A stretch of 64,000 bases of DNA from assembly GCA_963823665.1 (NCBI GenBank), contig CAWGMQ010000006.1:1024001-1088000 (forward strand), written 5' to 3'. The DNA comes from an uncultured Planctomycetota bacterium. Lineage in GTDB: Bacteria; Planctomycetota; Planctomycetia; Isosphaerales; Isosphaeraceae. The notes below the pieces were generated by a model. It was not told where the DNA came from, did not search any database, and was given only the letters and a program-made list of their open reading frames with translations. Shown piece by piece: positions 26,501 through 32,282 of this stretch (position 1 is its first letter; each line of letters starts with the position of its first letter). The translations under genes and the position numbers were made by a program.

Positions 26501-27431
26501 GCCCCATCGTGCCCGCGCCGCTGACGTCCAGCCCGTCCGCCAGCGTGAAGTCGCCCGCGTCGAGGCTGACGGTGCCAGTGACCGTGTACGTGCCGCCCAG
26601 GCTGCCGCCTCCCCGGAGGCTGAGCGTACCCGTGCCGGCGTTGATCGCGCCCGTGCTGGTCAGCGTGACGCCGCTGCTGATGGTGCTGGTGCCGGTGCCG
26701 CCGGTCTTGGAGAGGGTGCCGGCGTTGATGAAGGTGCCGCCGTCGGGCGTGCCGCCGTGGTCCTGGATCACGGCGTCGGTGATGAAGGCGAAGCTGGCCC
26801 CCGTCTCGTTGTCAATGGTGGCGCCCGAGGAAACGTACAGGCCGTAGCCGGAGCTGTAGCCGGCCAGGGTGGCGGCGCCGGCGTTGTCGAGTGTGCGCTG
26901 GTCCAGGAACTCCTGGTCGCCCACCGGATCGCCGATGGCCATTCCGCCAAGGGCGTCGGTCACGCCACTTCCCGCCATCTCGCCGCCCATCCAGGTGGTC
27001 AGCCCGTTGACAGTCACCGTGCCGGTGCCGGTCAGCGTTCCGCCAGAGAGCGTCAGGCTGCCGGAGATGACCGATGTTGACGCCACAGATAGAGTGCCAC
27101 TAGAAATAATCAAATTGGCACTGCTCATGAGGCTGTTGACCGCGTCGGATGCCGAGGACGCGTGCGTGACCGTGATGTCGCTCATATTGATCTGAGCGTC
27201 GTCAGATGCACTCGGCACCTGGTGGTTGCTCGAGTCGGCTGAGTTGACCCAGTTGCTCGCAATATCCCAGTCGCCACCTGCCGCGTTGGTCCAGACGTAC
27301 GTCGCCAGCAGCGTCCGGGCCTCGAGCGACTCGAGCGAAGCTCGAAATCCGCGGCCGCGGGGCGGGGAGGTGGCGCGCCGGCTCGGGCGCATTTTCTTCA
27401 ACTTGCGGTTCTGCTCAGGGCTGCCGTTCAT
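1..27431 (-). CDS. Giant secreted/surface adhesin-like protein (>9,000 aa, runs off the left edge), split by six frame breaks. Order: planctomycete extracellular signal, two beta-helix passenger-like modules, Big_3-like Ig repeats, SdrD-B-like domain, CARDB repeats, putative Ig (He_PIG-like) repeats, short RHS/YD segment
   Basis: ATG at 27431 is preceded by AGGAAGGTGAG, and the N-terminus reads FRASLESLEARTLLA. ORFs 21006..27434, 17294..21709, 10551..17312, 9304..10557, 8912..9256 and 8170..9039 join seamlessly if 1-2 nt indels are repaired at about 21681, 17370, 10580, 9327, 9047 and 8574. The final frame from 8573 to the window edge is not in the ORF track (no stop) and was spot-checked in frame at about 7200, 3845 and 3-26. 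Confidence 0.85.
9304..10557 (-). CDS. CARDB-repeat segment of giant protein 1 (frameshift fragment)
   Basis: Repeated PDLVVSSV...VSWTVQNQG...DQVYLS motifs. Continuous with the neighbouring segments after single-base repair. Confidence 0.7.
   Translation of the reverse strand: MLTPTDSYTQTATVTLPTHISGQFFITAWADSLDQVFKSTLSSNVNPDDPNELNNDNWKAQPITVLLTPPPDLVVSSVTPQATAVGGDPYTVSWTVQNQGTSPTEDSILFDQVYLSDQSTLNAPGATQWLLGTIEHDGGVIAGGSYAAQATFQLSPEVSGRFVIVDTNTGGSIGDTDYAPTWEGPYTNDNTASAPTLVNALVPADLRVTSIVTQAPNYSGDPTTIQWTVTNFGNTTWSGTTDWVDDVYFSAYPTLDTQRDTPVGSVAHSNAPTLGPGQSYTVSYTFNVPDGIGGTAANPQTFYVYVITDPNGEPSTKLGDNDQSLKYYATNGYDVAANNQGSQTIPVIYREPDLQVTSLTLPTTPVHSGDVIPVSFTVTNTGNRDTRPGSWYDRVYLSQSPSLDDQSYVLARRSTHS
10551..17369 (-). 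CDS. Big_3-like Ig repeat, SdrD-B-like and CARDB segment of giant protein 1 (frameshift fragment)
   Basis: About 12 repeats of SxNPSxxGQxVTFTATV...PTGxVxFYDG...GxHxITAQYxGDxNF, then GEVYND...GLAGWTVDL (SdrD-B-like), then PDLxVxxV CARDB units. Confidence 0.75.
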   Translation of the reverse strand, partial: CAGFSPVFNPGSNPTELDLVAVSELATTQTAVQSSENPSNYADSVTFTANVTPAVSTSFVPTGTVTFYDAGTPIDTETLADGSASFTTSAFAAGTHAIVVQYSGDMNFSGSNSTDLAQVVKQVGSTTAVAPSTNPSVFGQSETFTATVASAARDAGTPTGQVTFYDGNTAIDTETLSGGTASYTTSSLEAAGHSITAQYSGDNNFTGSKSKAFIQTVNPASTATSAAPSLNPTVHGQSVSFTATVAAVSPGSGTPTGQVVFYDGSTPIDTESLSGGTAVYTTSALAVSGHSITAQYLGSTDFAAGTSTAFTQTVNRDGTGTAISTSLNPAVLGQAVSFQATVTAAAPGSGTPGGTVTFYDGATAVDTETLVNGSATFTTSALSLGGHAISAQYGSDTNFTSSTSATINETIKQGSATTTIGSSVNPSVFGQTVTFTASVSATPPAAGMPTGHVIFFDGNTPIDTGTLVNGAASYTTSSLAIGGHTITAQYGGDNNFTGSTSTAVVQTVNQASTSTSAAPSLNPTVHGQSVSFTATVAAVSPGSGTPTGQVVFYDGSTPIDTESLSGGTAVYTTSALAVSGHSITAMYLGSTDFAASTSTAFTQTVNRDGTGTAISTSLNPAVLGQAVSFQATVTAAAPGSGKPSGTVTFYDGATAVDTETLVNGSATFTTSALSLGGHAISAQYGSDSNFTSSTSATINETIKQGSATTTVGSSVNPSVFGQTVTFTASVSATPPAAGTPAGQVIFFDGNTPIDTETLVNGAASYTTSGLAIGSHSITAHYGGDSNFTGSTSTAFIDTVNQASTAASAAPSVNPTVHGQSLSFTATVATVSPGSGTPTGKVVFYDGNTPIDTESLSGGTAEYTTSALSVSGHFITAQYLGSTDFAASTSTAFTQTVNQDGTGTALSTSLNPAVLGQSVSFQATVTAAAPGSGTPGGTVTFYDGVTAVDTETLVNGSATFTTSSLALGGHAISAQYGSDTSFTSSTSATINETIKQGSATTTVGSSVNPTVFGQSVTFTATVSATPPATGTPTGEVVFYDGNTPIDTETIVNGAASYTTSGLAIGGHSITAQYGGDNNFTGSTSTAFTQTVNQDGTTTAVASSLNPSNLGTFVTFTATVTASAPGSGVPGGQLTFYDGTTPIDTETLSGGTASFKTSALEAGDHSITAQYGGSTDFAASTSTAITQTVKSLPTATLDGEVYNDYAEDGTIGAGSGLAGWTVDLMNGTTTAASTTTASDGSYVFTGVAPGSYTISDVLQAGYVQTAPASGFLSIIASGGAQFSGENFGVFKAVSLAVTGLTTSPPNGLMSGTNLVVEWSDTNTGTLPAAGSFTDLVTITNSTTDQVLASASVPYNATTLGNLAAGASAPMQYAFRIPDYTPGVGQILFTVTTDVNNQVSTPQGDPARTAMVAENSTLAPYPDLQVTNIAVSPASGIQSGAPVTLSWDDQNTGTGATRGSWYDSVIVTNSTTGEVIDTAVVPYNDQSSGNGPIAPGEFRVQQFALTLPDGARGAGQIQYSVTTDIYNQIAEFNTSGPGGSSTAESNNNSSLTVSSALAPYPDLVIPTLTLSPSSGLESGSDLSIQWSDSNTGTAPVNSPFVDHVVVLNTTTGAVLTTQDVAYNPTASGNGPIDAGQSRARQLSFALPQGTPGAGQIQVTVTTDYYNQVFEWNQAGPGGTSTAESNNSASTSVTAALAPYADLAASAVSAPSLTVGDPAQVTVSWTVTNQGTGPGDVGSWVDAVIASPDDNPADGTTIAVFPHQGSLAVGASYSQTQTFLLPPHFEGSYHLFVQTNATNTVFENGNTGNDIAQAPNLFDVTPIPYADLVVSSVTVPATGASGQPISVSWTVANQGIGVTNTSAWSDDVSLATDPAGSNVVLDLGLIDHYGAIAPGGGYTHTVTPSLPNGLQGTFYVVVHTGYPAVATDVGTPYEFIYTDNNTSVGGPVDVSLTPAPDLTPTQLNGPATAAAGASVDVSWNVQNLGPGDADTPWTDTLLLTPQVAGAKPYNLGTFTYTQPLQAGKSYTRDELIRLPADVQGVFQLSVTTATGLYEGGATGNDTYADPSLVTLTLPPNPDLQVSSVTSPPSANAGGPVSVEFTVVNQGSVATATPHWTDSVYLSAKPTLDSTATLLGSFANQSALQPQGTYQTTTGDMIIPDRFSGPAYLIVDTDSGNAVDETPNEGNNTDSVPITVNPLPAADLVTGDVAAPDQAYDGSTITVSYTVTNKGLNTTNVSNWNDTIWLAHDPKRPGTSKGDVLLATIPHSARWATIPAC
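14100..16800 (-). repeat. Intragenic tandem repeat, 873-bp period (291 aa = three Ig-like domains), about 3 units
   Basis: Near-identical shadow ORFs recur at 14219, 15092 and 15965 (spacing 873). Confidence 0.85.
17370..21680 (-). CDS. Second Gly/Thr-rich beta-helix passenger-like segment of giant protein 1 (frameshift fragment)
   Basis: ORF 17294..21709 is built from 244-aa repeats and ends in an LAVSGVATLDGTLSVSLI junction-like motif. Confidence 0.7.
18050..21900 (-). repeat. Intragenic tandem repeat, 732-bp period (244 aa), about 4 near-identical units plus degenerate flanks
   Basis: Near-identical shadow ORFs start at 18812, 19544, 20276 and 21008 (spacing 732). Confidence 0.95.
23640..25100 (-). 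repeat. Intragenic tandem repeat, 678-bp period (226 aa), about 2 units
   Basis: Shadow ORFs at 23965/24643 and 24092/24770 (spacing 678). Confidence 0.85.
25660..26940 (-). repeat. Intragenic tandem repeat, 603-bp period (201 aa), about 2 near-identical units plus related flanks
   Basis: Shadow ORFs at 26266 and 26869 (spacing 603). The QEFLDQRTLDNAGAATLAGYSSGYGL motif repeats. Confidence 0.85.
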
Positions 27432-27700
27432 CACGGAGTTCTCACCTTCCTGGAATTCCTCGGACGGATCTCAAAGTTGTGTGACCAGGGCGGTGCCGAA
27501 CGAGTGGCGCGAGCGCGGCCGCACCGCGGGGCGCGATGTCCCGATCCGCGCACGTCAAATCGTTTCTCTCGTCGGTTCCGGCTCAAGCCGTAGTTGCCCC
27601 GCTCACAGCGCAGCGCCGAACGACGCACCACCGAGTCGCAGCATGTCGCCCCATCCCGTTGCCACGTTCGTCGCTGATTCTTCTCGGCCTATGAGCGAAC

Positions 27701-27727
27701 TCCTGCGGTCTGTAAAGAAACGTTACA
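27701..27727 (-). promoter_or_regulatory. Putative ECF promoter TGTAAC-N15-GCAGGA driving giant protein 1
   Basis: Minus strand reads gccTGTAACgtttctttacagaccGCAGGAg. It is intergenic and about 270 nt upstream of ATG 27431. Confidence 0.75.
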
Positions 27728-27872
27728 GGCTGAACGCGAATTTTCGGGCTCGCGTCAAATGCACGGGCACCATCCGGGGCCGCGCCACCCAGACGCTCTG
27801 TGGACGTGTGTGCGCCCACGGCGACTCGAAAAATGCGCATTTTTGAAAGAATCTCGTTAGAGTAAATGAGCC

Positions 27873-27900
27873 TGTAACCTGGGCGAGGTGTTTCGCAGGA
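27873..27900 (+). promoter_or_regulatory. Putative autoregulatory ECF promoter TGTAAC-N16-GCAGGA
   Basis: Reads gccTGTAACctgggcgaggtgtttcGCAGGAag, directly upstream of the ECF sigma gene. Confidence 0.75.
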
Positions 27901-27920
27901 AGAGTAGCAGCGGGTCGCTC

Positions 27921-28568
27921 GTGGCGCAGCCGTTCGAAGATGCCGAAACCGAGGAACTGCTACGATGCGCGAGCGCGAGCGGAGCCGGCGAAGTTGCGCT
28001 TGAGCAGTTGCTCACGCGCCATCGAGACCGCCTTCGGCGGATGGTGGCCGTTCGCCTCGACCGCCGCCTCGCACCCCTGGTCGACCCTTCGGACGTGGTC
28101 CAGGAAGCCCTGGCCGACGCCAGCCGCAAGCTCGATGACTTCATCCGTGACCGCCCCCTGCCGTTCTATCCGTGGCTTCGCCGGCTCACCAGCGAGCGCA
28201 TCATCCAGTGCCATCGCCGCCACCTGGGCACCCAGAAGCGCGACGTCTCTCGCACCGATCGGCTGGATCGCCCCTTGCCCGACGAATCCGCAGCGGTTCT
28301 GGCGGACCGGCTGGCTGCGAGCGGAACATCGCCCAGCCAGCGCGTGGTGCGCGACGAACAAGCCGTTCGACTCCGCGAGGTGCTCGACCGCCTGGGCCGG
28401 AACGACCGCGAGGTCCTCGTGATGTGTTACCTGGAGGAGCTTTCGTTCGCCGAGATCGCCGTCGCGCTCGGCATCACCGAGAATGCCGCCAAGGTCCGCC
28501 ATTTCCGGGCCATGGAGCGAATCAGGAAGCTGATCGAATCCCAGGACTCGGGCGAGCTCGAACGATGA
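27921..28568 (+). CDS. ECF RNA polymerase sigma-70 factor, planctomycete kinase-associated type
   Basis: Region 2 reads LLTRHRDRLRRMVAVRL..DPSDVVQEAL..FYPWLRRL and region 4 reads DREVLVMCYLEELSFAEIAVALGITENAAKVRHFRA. The ORF track starts at 27888, but in-frame GTG 27921 is preferred because the promoter -10 lies at 27895-27900. The stop overlaps the next ATG (ATGA). Confidence 0.95.
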   Translation: MAQPFEDAETEELLRCASASGAGEVALEQLLTRHRDRLRRMVAVRLDRRLAPLVDPSDVVQEALADASRKLDDFIRDRPLPFYPWLRRLTSERIIQCHRRHLGTQKRDVSRTDRLDRPLPDESAAVLADRLAASGTSPSQRVVRDEQAVRLREVLDRLGRNDREVLVMCYLEELSFAEIAVALGITENAAKVRHFRAMERIRKLIESQDSGELER

Positions 28569-31500
28569 GCAATGGCTTCGAGACCGGCCGCGTGGACGAG
28601 CCCGATAGCGAAGACGAAGCGCTCCTGGTCGAGTGGGCCGCTGATTTGGCCGTGCGCATCCGGCAGGGCCAGCCCGTCGACTGGACCGAGCTCGGTAAAC
28701 AACATCCAGAGCAGGCCGACGCGCTCCGTCGGATGCTCCCTGCTTTTTCCTTGATGGCCCGCATGGGCGGCTCGGCGCATCGTGATGCAGTCCGCCGTTT
28801 TCCGGCCACCGATCCGTTCGTCGAATTCGGCTGTCTAGGCGACTACGAGCTCGGCCAGGAAGTCGGGCGCGGCGGCATGGGTGTTGTCTACGAGGGCTAC
28901 CAGATCTCGCTCAAGCGCCGGGTTGCACTCAAGATCTTGCCGGCGGCAGGTGCCCTCGACGCACGCCAGCTCCAGAGGTTCCAGATCGAGGCCCAGGCCG
29001 CCGCCGCGCTCCATCATCCCAATATCGTCCCGGTCTTCGCTGTCGGCACCGAGCGCGGCGTCCCTTTTTATGCGATGCAGTTCATCGAAGGGCACACGCT
29101 GGCCCAGGTAATCCGCGAAATGCGGCATCTGGAGGGCTTGGACACCGCCAAACCAACGAAGGCGTCCGATCTGACACGCGCCATTTTATGCGAGCAGTTC
29201 TCCGCGGAGCCCGAGCCGCGCGACAACACAGGGACCCCTCGCGAGCCACCCGAGCTGCCGGCTTTCACGGCACCAGGGTGGCGACGAGATTCCGACAGCT
29301 CCTCGGCCGGCCGGCAGAGCTTCATCCGCACAATCGCTCGTTTTGGAATCCAGACTGCCGACGCGCTCGAGCACGCCCACGGCCGCGGTATCTTGCACCG
29401 CGACATCAAGCCCTCCAACCTGATGATCGATCGCTCGGGCCACCTCTGGGTGACCGACTTTGGCCTGGCTCGCGTTCCCGGCGAGAGCAGCCTGACCTTG
29501 ACCGGTGACGTGCTCGGCACGCTGCGCTACATGAGCCCGGAGCAAGCCCTGGGCAAACGCCGCATACTCGATGAATCGAGCGACGTTTATTCGCTCGGAG
29601 CCACGCTCTACGAGCTCTTGACCTTGCGTCCCGCGTTTGCCGGTGACGATCGCCAGGAGGTGTTGCGGCGCATCGCTCAGGAGGAGCCGCGCCCTCCGCG
29701 CAAGCTGAACCGGGCGATTCCCGCTGCCCTTGAGACGATTGTCTTGAAGGCGATGGCCCGCGAACCGTCCGGTCGCTACGCGACGGCCGCCGCGCTGGGC
29801 GATGATCTTGCACGGTTCCTCGACGGCCGCCCGATTCTCGGCCGGCCGGTGCCACTCTGGCAACGCTCATTTGCCTGGGCCCGCCGCCGTCCGGCCGTGG
29901 CGGCGTTACTCTCGCTCGTGATCCTGCTGGCGTGCGGCCTGGTCGGCGGCGTCGCCGCGTGGGCGAGCTGGCTCTCCGGGCACAACCGCGAGCTCGAGAT
30001 CCAGATCGCCCGCGCCGACGCAAAGGAGCGCGAGGCTGACCGGCAGCAAAAGGTCGCCCAGGATCGCCAGCTACACGCAGACCGGCACCGCTACGCCGCG
30101 AGCCTTCGTCGCGCCCGTGAGGCGCTCGACGCCCGCCAGATCGAGCTGGCCCAGGATATCCTTCACGAGATCGAGCCCGGCACCGCGGCTGGCGGTGCCG
30201 ACTTCGCCTGGGGTTACCTCTGGCGGTATGCCAATCGCGAGTTCACCCAGCTTTGGGGCCACGAAGCCAGAGTGGCTAATTCGTTGATTTCCGACGACGG
30301 AAGCACGCTGGTCACTCGCGACATCACTGGCAAGATCCTCATGTGGACGCTCCGGCCCGGCATGGAGCCCGACCGTCCGCGCGCCCTGATCGCCGCTTCC
30401 AGAAGTAGAGACGGTGAGCTCGTCCCGAGCCTCTCGCCCGATGGCCGATACCTGGCAGTTGCTCAACCGGGCTTGCCGGTCCTCCACGTCGACCTTTTTG
30501 AAACAGCCTCCGGCCAGCGCGTGACCCGATTCCAGAGCGAGGCGTCCGGAAAACTCATCGCGTGTGCGTTCGACCCGGAGAGCCGACGGATGTTGTTGTT
30601 CGCGTCGCGTCCGGACGGGACGCAGGTGATCAGGTCGTGGACGATCGCCGAGCCCCAGAGCCAAGCTCACGTCTGGACGATCGAGAAAGGCACGTACGTC
30701 ATCCACGATACGCCCGCGCTCGGTCGATCGATCGCGGCGTGGAATGGCAAAACATTCAGGCTGTTCGACCCGTGGACCGGTGCACTCAAAGGTGCCTTGG
30801 ACGGATCACCGATCGGTAGCACCGAGTCGGTGAATCTCTTCGCCTTTTCCGACGACGCGCGTGTGCTTGCTGCGCACACCAGTGCCAATCGGGTGCAGTG
30901 GTGGGAACCGGGCTCGGGGCGTGCCCTGGCCGGCTTGCCGTCCTCTGGCGGCGTGCGGATGATGTGTATCAGCCCCCGCGGGACTTTTCTCGCGGTGCTG
31001 GACGACCGCGCACATGTGACCGTATTCAATCCATCGCGCAAGGAAAAAACGACTCTGGATCGGGGAACCGGAGACTACTCGTTACGTGGTGGTTCGCTCG
31101 CCTTCGCTACAGACGAAACTCTGCTGGCGATCGTGATCGACCCGATCCCGGGCGGGATTCAGCCGGCTGAGGTCTGGGATCTTGGCTCGATGCGAAGGGT
31201 CAATGTCTTCCCCGGCCGGAACGATACTGACAGCGTGACGTTCATTCCCGGCAGTCGATCGCTGGTTGCCACCGGCGGAACCAAGCCGAGAATCTGGCGT
31301 CTGGACCCTCCTCAATTGCCAGACGCCTTGCGCGGCCATACCGACGAGGCGTGGTCCGCGGCCTTCTCCCCCGACAGCAAGGTGCTCGCCACCGGCAGTG
31401 ACGACACTGACGAGCGCGAAACGATCAAGCTCTGGGATCCCGCTTCCGGCAGCCTTCTGGCCGGCTGGGTAGCCCATACGGCCACCGTCGCCTCTCTGGC

Positions 31501-32242
31501 GTTCAGCCCCGATGGGCGCTTTCTCGCATCGTCGAGCCTCGATTCGGGAAAGCCCGAGAACCCCAATGTGCAGATATGGGAGGTTGCATCGCGATCGCTG
31601 CTGGCGACCCTCTTGGGCCATGAAGGCTCGGTTCGCTCGCTGGCGTTCAGCCCCGACGGCAAACTGCTGGCCACCGCATGCGATGATGGATCAGTTCGCC
31701 TCTGGAACATGGCCGATCGATCGATCCGCGCAGTGCTGAAGGGGCACGCCACGTACGCTATCTCCGTCGCCTTCAGCCCCGACTCCGCTCGACTGGCTTC
31801 AGGGTCGAACGATGCGACGGTGAAGGTGTGGAGCGTCTCGAGCGGCGAGCTGCTTTCCACCCTCCAGCACGGCGCGAATGCCAACGCCGTCGCATTTTCG
31901 CCCGACGGATCGCTGCTGGCGGCGGCAGGCGACGACGGCCAGATCAAGCTGTGGAATCACGAAACAAAAGAATTGACGTCAACGATCTTCTCCGCGGCCG
32001 ATCAGCTCCGCTGCCTGGCGTTCACTCGCGACGGCCGTTACCTGACGGCCTCCGGTCGCGACAAAGTGATCCGCCTCTGGGATGTCACCACCGGTCAAGA
32101 ATCGCTGAGCCTGGCCGGCCACGAGGCGCAAGTGAACGCCCTGGCATTTTCGCCTGATGGCCGGATCCTGGCCTCATGCAGCCACGACGGAGCCGTCAAG
32201 CTCTGGCGTGCCGAGCCGATCGAGATGGTGCCGAGCCGCTGA
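28565..32242 (+). CDS. Hanks-type Ser/Thr protein kinase with transmembrane helix and WD40 repeats (1225 aa)
   Basis: Kinase motifs GRGGMGVVY, VALKIL, HRDIKPSN, DFGLAR, GTLRYMSPEQ. TM segment AVAALLSLVILLACGLVGGV. GH...AFSPDG...D.TVKLW repeats. Start at ATG 28565 overlaps the sigma stop. Confidence 0.95.
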   Translation: MSNGFETGRVDEPDSEDEALLVEWAADLAVRIRQGQPVDWTELGKQHPEQADALRRMLPAFSLMARMGGSAHRDAVRRFPATDPFVEFGCLGDYELGQEVGRGGMGVVYEGYQISLKRRVALKILPAAGALDARQLQRFQIEAQAAAALHHPNIVPVFAVGTERGVPFYAMQFIEGHTLAQVIREMRHLEGLDTAKPTKASDLTRAILCEQFSAEPEPRDNTGTPREPPELPAFTAPGWRRDSDSSSAGRQSFIRTIARFGIQTADALEHAHGRGILHRDIKPSNLMIDRSGHLWVTDFGLARVPGESSLTLTGDVLGTLRYMSPEQALGKRRILDESSDVYSLGATLYELLTLRPAFAGDDRQEVLRRIAQEEPRPPRKLNRAIPAALETIVLKAMAREPSGRYATAAALGDDLARFLDGRPILGRPVPLWQRSFAWARRRPAVAALLSLVILLACGLVGGVAAWASWLSGHNRELEIQIARADAKEREADRQQKVAQDRQLHADRHRYAASLRRAREALDARQIELAQDILHEIEPGTAAGGADFAWGYLWRYANREFTQLWGHEARVANSLISDDGSTLVTRDITGKILMWTLRPGMEPDRPRALIAASRSRDGELVPSLSPDGRYLAVAQPGLPVLHVDLFETASGQRVTRFQSEASGKLIACAFDPESRRMLLFASRPDGTQVIRSWTIAEPQSQAHVWTIEKGTYVIHDTPALGRSIAAWNGKTFRLFDPWTGALKGALDGSPIGSTESVNLFAFSDDARVLAAHTSANRVQWWEPGSGRALAGLPSSGGVRMMCISPRGTFLAVLDDRAHVTVFNPSRKEKTTLDRGTGDYSLRGGSLAFATDETLLAIVIDPIPGGIQPAEVWDLGSMRRVNVFPGRNDTDSVTFIPGSRSLVATGGTKPRIWRLDPPQLPDALRGHTDEAWSAAFSPDSKVLATGSDDTDERETIKLWDPASGSLLAGWVAHTATVASLAFSPDGRFLASSSLDSGKPENPNVQIWEVASRSLLATLLGHEGSVRSLAFSPDGKLLATACDDGSVRLWNMADRSIRAVLKGHATYAISVAFSPDSARLASGSNDATVKVWSVSSGELLSTLQHGANANAVAFSPDGSLLAAAGDDGQIKLWNHETKELTSTIFSAADQLRCLAFTRDGRYLTASGRDKVIRLWDVTTGQESLSLAGHEAQVNALAFSPDGRILASCSHDGAVKLWRAEPIEMVPSR

Positions 32243-32282
32243 ATCACAGAGGAATGGGAACGCACGAGGCCGGTGGGTTTGA

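Noticed and set aside
28172..28564. ORF-track N-terminal extension of kinase 1
   Set aside because: It overlaps the sigma gene in another frame. The ATGA-coupled start at 28565 matches the N-terminus of kinase 2.
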